DNA from: Neovahlkampfia damariscottae
Lineage: Eukaryota
Length of the DNA: 50,582 nucleotides
Direction of reading: 5' to 3'
NCBI GenBank assembly: GCA_016618085.1
Contig: JABLTG010000145.1
Span: forward strand, 1 to 50,582
A program made the position numbers and the translations under genes. Positions within the stretch are counted from its first letter, which is position 1. The number at the start of each line of letters is the position of its first letter. This document shows, piece by piece, positions 12,938-25,143 of the stretch. A model generated the notes under the pieces. It was not told where the DNA came from. It worked only from the letters and a program-made list of their open reading frames with translations, and searched no databases.

Positions 12938-13171
12938 ATGAAAACGGATTTTCCTGAAGCCACAGGAATGGATGCTCTGGAAGCAAAAAAATTGATTGAA
13001 GAACAAAACCCAGAATTAAAAGTGGAATTAATTAAACATGGAGCACCAGTAAAAAAAGATTTGAGAAGAAACAGGTAATAATAAATATAATTTCTAAAAG
13101 TCGTATTTGGAAGAGTGAGAATATTTTATGATGAAAATAATAAAGTAGTAAAAGATCCATATTGTGGTTAA
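12938..13171 (+). CDS. Potato inhibitor I family (MEROPS I13) serine protease inhibitor, 2 exons
   Basis: Splicing GT 13075 to AG 13113 gives MKTDFPEATGMDALEAKKLIEEQNPELKVELIKHGAPVKKDLRRNRVRIFYDENNKVVKDPYCG*, matching the CI-2/eglin pattern. Missing from the ORF track. Confidence 0.9.
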
Positions 13172-13194
13172 TAAATAAATTCTTGTATTACAAT

Positions 13195-14517
13195 CTATTC
13201 AATTTCTGTTGAGAATTCAACCAAATGAGTATTTTCATTTGATAGTACAGACCCTATGACTTTAGTTGAATCAACATGAAAAAAATTTATGACTTTTTCA
13301 TTTTCAACTTGAAAAATATTAGATGGAATACCAAATTCTCTTCTCCAGTGCACAACAGCATTTGCTTCATCATTATTACAAAATATACCACCATTGAATA
13401 ATTTACAAACACATAAACGATGAATAATCAAAGGTTCTTCATGAATTGCAGAATATGGTGGCACATGATTTTGAAGAAAATCCAGTTGATCATTCCAAGA
13501 TTTCAAATTACCATCCGTAGAACAAGTAATCAACATTTTTTGATCATAGTCCATTGAACAAATGGATGTATGATGTGCTTTTACCTGTTTAATTGGATCT
13601 TTAAAATTTCTTATATCCCACAATTTAATAGTCTTATCATATGAAGATGAAATTACTTCATTAATATTATCATTACATTTAATGGATGTCACAATATCTT
13701 GATGACATTTATTTGTGTTATTCAATTTTTTTAATCTTAAATCCCAAATTGAAATATATCCATCAACAGATCCACTGAATAATGTATTTTGATTTTTCAT
13801 TGAATGTTCTAAACACCAAATAGTTTTTTGATGACCATATAATGTATTTAAACATAAACCTTTTGTTGGTTCCCAAATTTTAATGGTAGTATCACGTGAA
13901 CAAGAAACAATTTGATCATAATTTTTAAGATATTTGACATCTCTAATCCAATCATTATGTCCTTTCAATTGATGTAAAATATTCAAATCTTTATCAATGA
14001 TTGATATTGTATTATCAAATGAACCAGTAATAATTAATCGATTTTCGTATTCAATTGAACTAATCTCATCAAAATGTGGTTTTAATTTCTTTTTCAATTT
14101 CCATTGTGATTCTTTTGAAAAATAATTTTGAGTCCAAATATTGATAGATCCATTATTTAAACCTGAAATAAGATAATCTGAATTCTCATCAATGTTTTTA
14201 AAGAAATTTAAATAAGTTGAAAATTGAGATATTCTTTGTGATCCAAATGAAGATTGATTTGGAATATTTCCTTTCATAAAATTTTCTGATTTGGTACTAC
14301 TTATATAAAGTAACTTTTTCCAATCCACTTCATTTGTAGTTTTTTCATGAAATATTTTTTCATGTTTGTTTTGATTTAAAAATTGAAACTTCAACCAATA
14401 TGCATTATTTATAACTCTATGAAAGGATTTTGATGTAAATTGAAGAGATTTTAATAAGTCTCTTCCAGGTAAAAATGATAAAATTGTCAATAAAACATCA
14501 TCGGAAATTGAGTGCAT
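13195..14517 (-). CDS. F-box/WD40-repeat protein
   Basis: F-box ISDDVLLTILSFLPGRDLL followed by GH...WD-type repeats (SRDTTIKIWE, SYDKTIKLWD). Confidence 0.9.
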   Translation of the reverse strand: MHSISDDVLLTILSFLPGRDLLKSLQFTSKSFHRVINNAYWLKFQFLNQNKHEKIFHEKTTNEVDWKKLLYISSTKSENFMKGNIPNQSSFGSQRISQFSTYLNFFKNIDENSDYLISGLNNGSINIWTQNYFSKESQWKLKKKLKPHFDEISSIEYENRLIITGSFDNTISIIDKDLNILHQLKGHNDWIRDVKYLKNYDQIVSCSRDTTIKIWEPTKGLCLNTLYGHQKTIWCLEHSMKNQNTLFSGSVDGYISIWDLRLKKLNNTNKCHQDIVTSIKCNDNINEVISSSYDKTIKLWDIRNFKDPIKQVKAHHTSICSMDYDQKMLITCSTDGNLKSWNDQLDFLQNHVPPYSAIHEEPLIIHRLCVCKLFNGGIFCNNDEANAVVHWRREFGIPSNIFQVENEKVINFFHVDSTKVIGSVLSNENTHLVEFSTEIE

Positions 14518-14561
14518 TTGATGAAAAAAATAAACCAATAAAAATGAAGACTCGGAATTTA

Positions 14562-15299
14562 TTAATCACTGTCATCAGAAGATGAATCAACTTCAAATAA
14601 TTCAATTTTTTCTTCTGAAGATTCATTTTTAGGTTTAAATTTATAACTAAAATTCATTTCTTCAATCAAATTTTCATTTGGTTTGACGAAAGTTATTTGT
14701 TGTTTTTGTGATTCTTCATTCATCATTTCACTTTTAAAACTATCTAAATTATGATTATATAAAATTGAAAAATTCCAATTTTCTGTTGTTGGACAAGGTG
14801 GTAATATTTTCATTCTTTGTGGAAATTCATTTTCATAATTTGCTGGAGCAGACATTGTTCTTGCAATCTTGTGTGAATATTTTATCAATTCATTTAATTC
14901 TATATTTTTTGGTTTTTTTACAGCTTCAAAATTATTTCTTGTTGAATGAATAGTTTTGTTAATATTTGAATGAATTTGTGATAAACAATTTGTAACTTCA
15001 ATTATTTGTTGATCTTTTTTTTTTATTTCGTCTTTCATTTTTTTGATTTTTTTTTGAAATTCTTGTTGTCTTTTCACTATTTTTTTTTAATTTTTTTTTT
15101 GTATACATTCTTCGACATGTTTTTGGAGTTTGATGTGGCTCTGTAATAATTTTTCAAATTCTTCTTCGAATTCTTTCTCCGATTCCTGTATATGGAAGTT
15201 TGTTTTTTTATTCACACTGATTTTATCAAGTGTTTGTAATAAATTGTAAAAGTTTTGATGGAGCTCAAGTGTTAATTTTTTTACTTTGTGTTGAGACAT
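14562..15299 (-). CDS. MED4: Mediator subunit 4-like, 2 exons
   Basis: Coiled coil followed by ELIKYSHKIA..MSAP...PPCPT and an acidic SSSDDSD tail, as in MED4. Confidence 0.7.
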
Positions 15300-15302
15300 T
15301 TT

Positions 15303-15309
15303 TGATTGG
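15303..15309 (-). promoter_or_regulatory. CCAATCA box (representative of a motif upstream of most genes)
   Basis: The same heptamer, in either orientation, occurs at 3086, 3667, 11337, 12917, 15303, 15432, 16619, 22118, 25098, 26251, 26566, 41156, 45231, 45629 and 49219, each within ~3-60 bp of a start codon. Confidence 0.75.
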
Positions 15310-15454
15310 TGGGAAAAAAAAAAGAACAAACTTACAAAAGAATCTCAATGTAAAGCAGACCAAAAAATAAGTAACAATGACTATAGGTTTGGAATCAAAT
15401 TTTTAAAATGATTGGATAAAGTCAACTTGTTTGATTGGATCAAACATTCTAAAC

Positions 15455-16577
15455 ATGAAAGTCGTTATTCTCACTTTATTTGCATTGGTTTTTGTTGCTC
15501 TCGCTCAAAAACAAAATTGTTTATGGAATTCATATTGCACAAGAACTCTTGAAATTTATCCAAATAATGGAAGTCCAAGTTATAGAGTTGTTACTTCAGA
15601 CGAAAAAGTTGAAAAAGAATTTATGAAAAGAACTGATATCACTTTTGCAGATGTTACACAATTAACACCATCAGAAGAACCAAAAGTTCAATTTCCAGAA
15701 AAACCAACTCAACAAAAAGTTATCAAAAAAATCATCAAAGATGTCAAAAAAAAATCACTTACTGCTTATCTCAATAAAGTATCATCATTCCCACATAGAA
15801 TGTCACGTAGAACAGGTTCAGAAGCATCAATTAAATGGCTTGTTGAACATACAACTGAACTCATTAAAGACTTACCAGAAGAAAGAAAAAAACTTTTTTC
15901 ATTTCATCAAGTTCCAATCAGAGGTTATGTTGCTCCTTCATTCTATATTGAAATGAAAGGATCAAAAACACCAGATGTATCAACTATTATTGGAGCTCAT
16001 GCTGATGATGTTGGACACCCACAAGCTGGAGCAGATGACAACGCAGTAAGTTGTTTCAAATTTTATTCATTTTTTTTAGAGTGGTACTATTACAATTCTT
16101 GAAGCATTCAAAGCTATTTCTAAATCAAAATTTGTTCCAAAAAAAACACTCATCTTTATGTTTTATACTGCTGAAGAATCAGGTTTAATTGGTTCAAGAC
16201 AAATTGCACAAGACTTTAAATCAAAAGGAAGAAAAGTATATGCTGTTTTACAACATGATATGGTTGGATATAATAAACCAGGAGCACAACTTGAATCATA
16301 TATTGTAGATCGTCAAACAAATTCTGCTTTGACTGTCTTTTTAACAAAATTGATCAAAGAATATTCAGGTATTCCATTCAGAAATTATGGTAGAAGTTAT
16401 GGTTCAGATCATATTTCATGGACAAGTGCAGGATATGCTTCTGCATGTTGGAAAGAATATTACTTTAGTCCACAATACCACAGAGCTAATGATAAACCAG
16501 AACATATTAATATTGACTTAGTTAAAGAATTCACTAAAGTTGCTGTTGCTTTTGGTGTTGAATTGTCATCTAATTAA
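15455..16577 (+). CDS. Secreted M28 (leucyl) aminopeptidase
   Basis: Signal peptide MKVVILTLFALVFVALAQ and motifs GAHADD, GADDNASG (across the intron at ~16046-16079), AEESGLIGS, QHDMVGY, SDH and YH. Confidence 0.92.
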
Positions 16578-16643
16578 TCTTTTTTTTCATTACAAGAATT
16601 GAACCTTTTTTTTTTCCACCAATCAATTTTGTAAAACTCTGCA

Positions 16644-19048
16644 ATGGTGTTAGCACATGTACAAATTCTTGGTTCATCAACTGTAGACATTGATCCATCA
16701 ATCTTATTATTCTTTGAAAACAAAAGATATTTATTCAATGTTGGTGAATCTACTTTAAGATTTTGTAATGAAAACAAAGTAAAATTAGGAAGAGTTACAA
16801 ATTTTTTTGTATCATCAATTCAACCAGAATCAATTGGAGGTCTACCTGGTCTATTAATGACAATGGATGATTTTGGAAAAAGTCAAATTTCAATAACAGG
16901 ACCAAAAAATTTAACAAATTATCTTCAATGTTTAAGATTTTGTCTTTTAAGGTAAAAAAAAAAGAGAAAAAAATGTACTCAAATTTAAGGTTTTTTTTTT
17001 ATCCAAAGATTTTAAACTTCAAAATAGACATAAATTAAATTTAGATGTTAATGAAATTGATGAAAAAAAATCAAAAAAAATAATTCACAAAGATGAAAAT
17101 TTACAAATAACGACAATATTAACATGTGTTAAAAATGAAATTAAAAAAGAAATTGAACAAACTTCATTTGATTGTTATCATAATTTTGTTTTAAAAAATC
17201 AAAGTAAACCAAAATCAGAAGAACCACCAAACAAAAAATTAAAATCAACTGGAATTAAAGAAGAAGAATCATTTGTTCATGATGAAAAGAATTTAAAAAA
17301 GAAAAATGTTCAAATTTCTGAATTTAAAAAAGTTAAAGAAGATAATTCAATTTTAACATTTATTTGTGAAACGCCACAAGTTAAAGGTAAATTTGATACA
17401 AATAAAGCAAAACAACTTGGTTTAAAACCAGGTCCATCTTATGCTCATCTAAAAAATGGTCAATCTGTGACATTAGAAAATGGAAATGTGATCACTCCTG
17501 AAATGGTTTTAGGAAAAGAACAAAAAGGAAGTTGTTTCATTTTAATTTTTTGTTCACATGAAGAATTTATGATTCCTTTAATTGAAAATGAAGAATGGAA
17601 AAAATATTTTGAAAAATCAACTTTAATCATACATGCAACCAATAATTCTATTTTTAGAAATGAAAAATATCAACAATTCATTTCCAAATTTAATCAACAT
17701 TGTCAAGTAAATATTTCAATTATTTTTTAACATTTTAAGCATATGGTGATCAATAAAGATGTTTGTCAAAATCGTATCATTTTCAATGCATCAGGTGAAT
17801 TACAATGTAAATTGAATATGATTAATGAAAAAATATTTCCAATTTCAAATTTTAATAATAATATTTTAAATAATTTTCCATTAAAAAACTATATCATTGG
17901 TGATCCTTTACAAAATTTTATATTAGCTCAATCAAATAAAATGGAAATTGGATTAGATTCAAGTAATACAATGATAGAATATAAAACAAAAGATATTCAA
18001 CATTCAATTTCAAAAATTAATAAAGAATTAATCAAAGAAATTGAAATTTATAAAAATATTAAAAAATCAAAATTTGACGAATCAAATGAACATGAAAAAA
18101 TGTTAAATGAATTATCAGAAGGAGAATTTGAAATAATTTTTCTTGGCACTGGATGTGCAATACCATCAAAATATAGAAATGGTAAAATCAAATATTCTTT
18201 AAATTGTATTGATAGTTACTTCAATAATGTTGAAAATGAAGAATTATGGAAATATATTATTTGATTGTGGTGAGGGTACAATTGGTCAAATTTATCGTAT
18301 ATTTGGAGATGAATCAAATGAAATTTTAAAAAATATCAAATTAATTTGGATTTCACATCTTCATGGAGATCATCATTTAGGTTTATCAAAATTATTATTT
18401 CATAGACAAAAATTATTGAAAGAAAATGAAAATAAAATAACAATCATTTCACATTCAAGAATGGAAACATATTTAAAAGAATATCAATTGATTTGTAATT
18501 TGAATAAGAAATTAGATTATGATTTTATTTCAAATGAAGAAATTGAAAATGAAAATCATTCAAAATTAGAGAAGGTTTATGAAGAATTAGGTATTAAAAT
18601 GATGTTCAATGTACCTGTAATTCATTCAAAAGATGCATATGGATTAATTTTGGAACATTCAAAAAAATGGAAATTAGTATTTTCTGGTGATACAAGACCA
18701 TGTAAAGATTTAATTAAAAGTGGAAAAGGATCAACAATTTTAATTCATGAAGCAACATTTGAAGATGATTTAATAAAAGATGCAATTGATAAAAAACATT
18801 CAACAACATCAGAAGCAATTGAATCTGGAATTGAAATGAATTCATATCGTGTAATATTGAATCATTTTAGTCAAAGATATCCAAAGATACCAATATTTAA
18901 TTCAAATTATAATGAAAGTACATGTATTTCTTTTGATTTAATGAAGATTGATTTCAAAGATTTAAAAGATTTACCAAAAATGAATGAATGTTTAAAGAAT
19001 TTATTTTCAAATGAAGAAATTGAAGAAGAAGCAAAAGGAGGTGATTAA
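16644..19048 (+). CDS. ELAC2: Long-form RNase Z (ELAC2/Trz1), multi-exon
   Basis: YLFNVGE, the exosite KGKFD...LGLKPGP, FLGTGCAIPSKYRN, HLHGDHHLG, FSGDTRP, LIHEATF and HFSQRYPK. Confidence 0.95.
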
Positions 19049-19065
19049 AAATTAACATAAAATAT

Positions 19066-22000
19066 TTATTTATAATGTTTAAAGTAATGAGCAAGATTTG
19101 AAATATGTTGCATCTTATTTGATAATGATTCAATAAATAGACTATTGAAATGATCAGCTGCATCCTGATCTCTCATATGTAAAACTAATTTATCTTTTAT
19201 CCAACCAATATCTGTTGGTTCTGCTAATTCAGGTAATCCAGCATTTACCATCTAAAAAAAAAAGAATGAGTAAAAAAAAGGGTGTACAAGTTTGAATAAA
19301 CTCATCAAGAAATAATCATTTCTTCTAATAATATTAAATGCTTTTCCAGTTAATTCTTGTAATTCTTTATATTTTGGTGAATCAATTCCTCCTAATACTT
19401 TTGCATAAGCACTTGTGAAAACGAATGGTGCTGTTTCTTTTTGAACACCCATATATTTTTTAAAATTTCCTAAAAAGTGACCAAAATCAATATGAAATAA
19501 ATCTCCTCTATTTGTAATCATAATATTATCTTTTTTTATCAAATATTAATTTTAAATTCTTTTTTACCATTATGTCTATCACCTATACCTAAAACTCTTG
19601 TAGCTACTAAATAGCCAGCACATGAATGTTTAAAGTTTTCAATTCCTTGTTGAATTAAATCTTCAGTTTTACATTGTTCTTTAATCCAATTTAAAAGAGG
19701 ATCAGAAGAAACAACTTTTCCAACACCTTGTGTTAAAAATCCAATTGTAGTTGAATTTAAAACCCATTGAATCATACCTACATCTTTTGAAGTTGAAACA
19801 CAACCATAAGCATTTATATGTAAATCTAAACCTTCTTTTTTCCAAAGAGAATCCATAACACGAAGCATTTGTAATGTAAGTTCATCTTGTCTTAAATCAT
19901 CACCTGCTTTAAATAAAACAACAAAAGGATCTCCAGATGGATCAGCATTTTTTAAAGTCAATTTTAATGGTCTTTTTTTTGAAGACATAACTTTACATTT
20001 TTCAATAATTATACCAGAACATTCTTGTTTAATATCTAAGGGTGTGGTAAATGTTTTTGGTAAAACAATATCTTGTAATTTTTTTTGAAGTAAAATTGTT
20101 AAATCTTCATTTTTTGTTGATTTTGGTTGAGAAATGATTACATTTGCTATTTTTAATAATTCTTCAACAACAATAATTTGATTTTCTAAAATTAATCTTT
20201 GTGTTTTATCAACTTTTGATAAATATTCTTCTAAAATTAATGAAAATCTTTCTCTTATTCTATCATTTTCAAGTTGTGATCTTAATGCCCAAAATAAACG
20301 ATGACCAACAACATGTGGATTTCCAATTGCACGTTTTAAAAGACAACAAGCTAAAGGTGAAAAATGATCACATTCATATTTTAATGTTTCAACTAATTGA
20401 AGCATAACATTTGATAAATCTTCATCAGAAAATGTATCTAAATATTGAATAGCAAATTCTCGAATATAAGAATCTTGATATTGAACATCTAATAATTCTA
20501 ATGCTGAATTTGGATTAGAAAACTTTTTCCATTCATCTAATAATTCATACATTTCATATCTTTTCACATAATCTGACCAATCACATGAAGAAAGTACTTT
20601 TGGAAGTGCTTTTGCTTGTTTTTTTAATTCATTTCTATAATTCCATAATAAAAGTTTATCAGCATCTGCAATTGGTTCTAATGGAAAATCTTGTATAATT
20701 TTATCAATTTGTTTTCTTGGTATTCTTGATTCAACTTTAACTTTTCTACCAGTTGGATATACAACAGGAGCTGTAAATTTTTCAAATTCAACTTCAATTA
20801 TTGGAGCATGTTCATTTGTATTTTCAACTGTTGTTGGTATTTTATCACATTCTCCTGGCCAAATTCTACATGAAACTAATCCAGTTTGCATAATATTATT
20901 ATGGTCAAATATTTTTAATCTACACCAACCAATCTTTTCAGGATGTAATTCAATATTCTCTGTGAATTGTTTTTGTAAATCTGACATTCTATTTCCTTCA
21001 ATTGTTAAAAGTAAATGTGTATCTTTAAATAAATCGGAAATAAAAACTTCTGTTGAAGTGATACTATAATTCCAAACAACTTCTTTTACTAAACCTGTTG
21101 GTCCTGTCATTAAACTTTCACCAAAAGGTTGTACACCATTAATTAATTGACAGCGCACATAAACAAGCATTGGATCTGAAACTTCATCTTTTGGTAATTC
21201 AGTTGGTAAATTTAATTTCTTTATGACAACTTTAAATGGTTTTTTTGTCATATCCCAAGCACTTAAAACATTTTGTTCTTCTTTTTGTTCAATTGTAATA
21301 TCTTCATGTTTATATCCTTTAATTTGATATTTATAATCCATTTTTTGTAAACCAGAATTTGGATAAATATTTTCAATTGATTCAGCGACAGTTGTCACAT
21401 GAATAACATTAAGTTCAACTAAAATAAAATCTTCTATAGCATTACGTATACATTCAAATGAATATAAAGGATTTTCATCACCAAATATATATTCATTTAT
21501 ACCTCTTGCTTTTATTAAAATATCTTTTGGTTCTAAAGTTGATTGTGGTTTATGATTTTTAGCAAGTGAAAGTATTTTTTTAGCAAAGTCACCCATTTTC
21601 ATTGATATTTCAAATTTTGCTTGTTTTGTCCATTTATCGTCTAATAAGTGATAGTGTATTTTGATTATATATTTATTTTCATTTTCTACTTCAGGTAAAA
21701 GATAAACTGGTATTTCGATTTTGTTTTCTGGTACAATTTTCTTCTCTTCTTTTGGCATAGCCTCACGAAAAAACTCCGCTTCTCCTCCAGAAAATGAAGT
21801 CTTTGTTTGATTAAAAATTTCTTTCGTTGCTTGATTAATTTTAGCTGATGATACTTCCTCCAAATCAATTAAATTTGCTATACTTTCGCCTTTCGTCAAA
21901 GTAACAGATTGTCTATTCTTTACTCGATCTTTTTTTTCTTCAATTTTTTTTTCTTCTTCAAACAAAGACCTTGATAAATCACCTGGCATTATTGATTTTC

Positions 22001-22067
22001 TTTTTGAATGATCATCCTTTTTTTCTTCTCCTTTCTTATTTCCTTTCCCAAAAATTTTAAAAACCAT
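19066..22067 (-). CDS. Class I-like phosphoinositide 3-kinase
   Basis: RBD-like, C2 and helical (PIK) domains, then MSSKKRP, FKAGDDLRQD, GIGDRHN and HIDFGHFLG. Two introns near the 3' end. Confidence 0.95.
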
Positions 22068-22164
22068 GTTTGACTCAACAACGGTAAAGACTTTCTGTTT
22101 ATTGGATAAAAATTAAACCAATCAGATCAATCCTCAACCATAAAAAACAAAGAAGAATTTCTGA

Positions 22165-24327
22165 ATGTTTAACGCCAAAATTTTGTAACTGAAAAAAAAT
22201 ATTAACAAAAAAAAGAATCTTTTTCTTTTCTTTGTCCATTGTATATACTGATGCTTCCTGCATAAATATGATTTATTGGTAAAAAAAAAAAAGAAATTAA
22301 ACTTTTGAAAGTAATTCTACTTTTTTATCAAAAATACAAACCTTACATATATTTAATGATAGTAAAACGTTCATAGATATGTAATTTTTTATTTTATTTT
22401 TTATTTTTTTTTGAAGGCCTATGAAAATACCGCCAAGAGAAATACTTGATATTTTTGGAAACTTAACAGATTATAAATATGAAACTGTTAAGAATTTTGT
22501 TTTAACATATTTTGATGAACCTGGAAGTGAATTAATGCAATATGAACCTTTGGATTGGAAAGAAAAACCAAAGTTTATAGATACCATTGAAAGTGTTGAA
22601 TTTAAAATATTATCATCAAATATAAATGGAATATGGAAGCAATTAGTTCGAAAATTTAACCATGAAAAATATTGCAAAGAGTGTTATAGTTCGATCGATA
22701 TTCAACACCCTTTTATGATGTAAAAAAAAATAAAAATACTAATGAATCAAAAGACCAGGTAATTCAAGAGATTTAAATCTCATATTCTTCAAAAAGGAGG
22801 TCGTTTTAGAGAGTTTTATTATTGGGATTCTTATTGGTAAATAGTTTATTTTTTTTTTAAAAGCATGATGTAAAAATAGGATGATTGAAGGTTTACTTAT
22901 CAGTGAAATGTATAATACAGCTTATGGTCATATTATGAATTTACTTGACATGCTTAAAAGATTCAAATTTGTGCCAAATGGAGGCCGAATTTATTATTTA
23001 AATAGAAGGTAAAGAATTAGATTTTAAATTATTCAGTCAACCACCGTTATTAACTCTTATGGTTTCAAGATTTTATGAAGAAACAAAAAACGAAACTTTC
23101 CTAAAAGAAGCACTTCCATTATTAGATTCAGAGTACAAATTTTGGATGGAAAAAAGATATTCAAAAAAATATAATTTAAATTTATATAACGCTTCAACAA
23201 CATATCCAAGACCTGAAAGTTTTGATGAAGATGTAAAAACAGCAGAAGAATCAACTCAAACACCACAACAAATATTTAGTAATATTGCATCTGGAGCTGA
23301 AACAGGATGGTATTTCTCATTTATTAATTCTTTTTAAAAAAGGGATTTTTCATCACGTTGGTTTGAAAATGGAAAAGATTTATCTACAATTGTTACAACT
23401 GAAATATTACCGGTTGATTTAAATTCAATTTTGTATAAAAATGAAAAAATACTTTCAGAGTTACATTCAAAATTTGGTAATTTAACAGAATATTATAAAA
23501 AACAATCAGAAATAAGATTAGAAGCAATGAACAAATATTTATTTAAAGATTATCAATGGTGTGATTTTAATTATGTCACTGAAAAATTAAATGAAAATTT
23601 ATACTCTTCAAATTTTTCACCTTTATGGTATTGAAATTTTATATTATTTTATTTTAAAAAATAGGGCTGGTGCTCATAAAGAATTTTCTGATGAAGAAAT
23701 AACAAAAATTTTAGAAAAAATGGATCCTCTGACGGTATATCCTGCTGGTATACCTACATCATTGATTCATACAGGTGAACAATGGGATTTTCCAAACTCA
23801 TGGGCTCCGACAGGTTAGTTTTTAATTTTTAATATTTATTATTTAGAAATGTTTATAATTGAAGGTTTAGCAAAATTAAATAGTTCAAAATCACATGAAA
23901 TTGCGTATGAAACAGCAAGAGAATGGATTTCAACTGTTTATTGTGCTTGGATTTCTTCAGAACATGTAATATATTTTTTTTTTGTTAATATTTTTAGATT
24001 TTTGAAAAGTATAATGTTACAAGAAGAGGATTTAATGGAGGTGGTGGTGAATATGAAATTCAAACTGGATTTGGATGGACAAATGGAGCTGTTTTAATGA
24101 TTTTAAAACTTTATGGTGATACAATTAGACCAATGAAATGTAATGTGATTTATACACCATTGGACTATTTAATTTTTGTGAGCGGGATTGGATTATCATT
24201 ATTTTTAATGCTCGTTTTTACTGTAGTAATAGCTATCTATTTCATTTTTGCAAAAATGAATCAAAAAAATCAAACAAAAAACGAAAACGAAATTTATTCT
24301 CCTGTAGAAGATGATGATTCTCTTTAG
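22165..24327 (+). CDS. Trehalase (GH37) with signal peptide and C-terminal TM helix, many introns
   Basis: DSKTFID, GGRFREFYYWDSYW, VPNGGRIYYLNR|SQPP, PRPES, SGAETGW|DFSSRW, QWDFPNSWAP and GGEYEIQTGFGWTNG. Spliced N-terminus MFNAKILIFFFSLSIVYTDASC. Confidence 0.93.
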
Positions 24328-24338
24328 AAAAGGATTTA

Positions 24339-25090
24339 TTAAAAATTTGAATAAAGTTCAATTCTCATTATAGTTTTTGGTTCTTTGCCAATTTTACCTT
24401 TTAAATTAAAGAAATAATCTTTCAATTCAATTCGATCATAAGAACTAGTTTGATGTAATTCATTAAATAAATCTTCTGAAAGTAAGACATCTTTCTCAAT
24501 TTCAATTATTTTTGAATTTAACACATTTCCATACAAATTATAATCATATGGTATTTGCCAAATGATTAATAATTTTTTATCTCTAGTTTTGATATCATAA
24601 GATAAAATACCAACTGATCCTCTCATCTTAAATGAAAATTATTAATACAATCTTCTTTTACAGAATAATCTGATTTTTTGAAACAAAAAAATCCAATTTG
24701 TTTTTTTTCAATGATAGAAGATGGTTTTATTTGTCCTTCTGTTCCACTAATACATAACCATTGTACATTATCAAGTTGAAAATTAGTGTGATTTTCTATT
24801 GATATTGATACAGCTCTTGAAGTATCTTCCTTGGATATTATTTTTTCTAAAACATGTTCTATTGCAGGTGATGAGACATCACAAAGTTCTTTTTGTTTTA
24901 ATTCTTTAAAATGAGATTTTGGTATTTGTCCAATGATTCCTTTATATTTTACATTTGACCAACTTCCATCAATATCATCAGATAATATTTCAATAACCTC
25001 ATTTTCTTTTATTAAAAGTAATCCTTTTACTTTAGTTTTATTCTCAAAAGTTTTTGTGACAACTCCAAATCTGCTTTTGAAGTTCAACAT
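24339..25090 (-). CDS. SH3 domain fused to an actinoporin-like (anemone cytolysin) domain, 2 exons
   Basis: SH3: LLIKENEVIEIL...WSNVKYKGIIGQIPKSHF. Actinoporin: RAVSISIEN.T...ISG...GSVGILSY...IPYDYNLYGN...LFNELH...IMRIEL. Intron 24627-24661 joins the two ORFs in frame. Confidence 0.8.
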
Positions 25091-25143
25091 TTGGATGTGA
25101 TTGGTTGAAAATTTTCGGTTGGTAGTGATTAAAAATATTTTAT

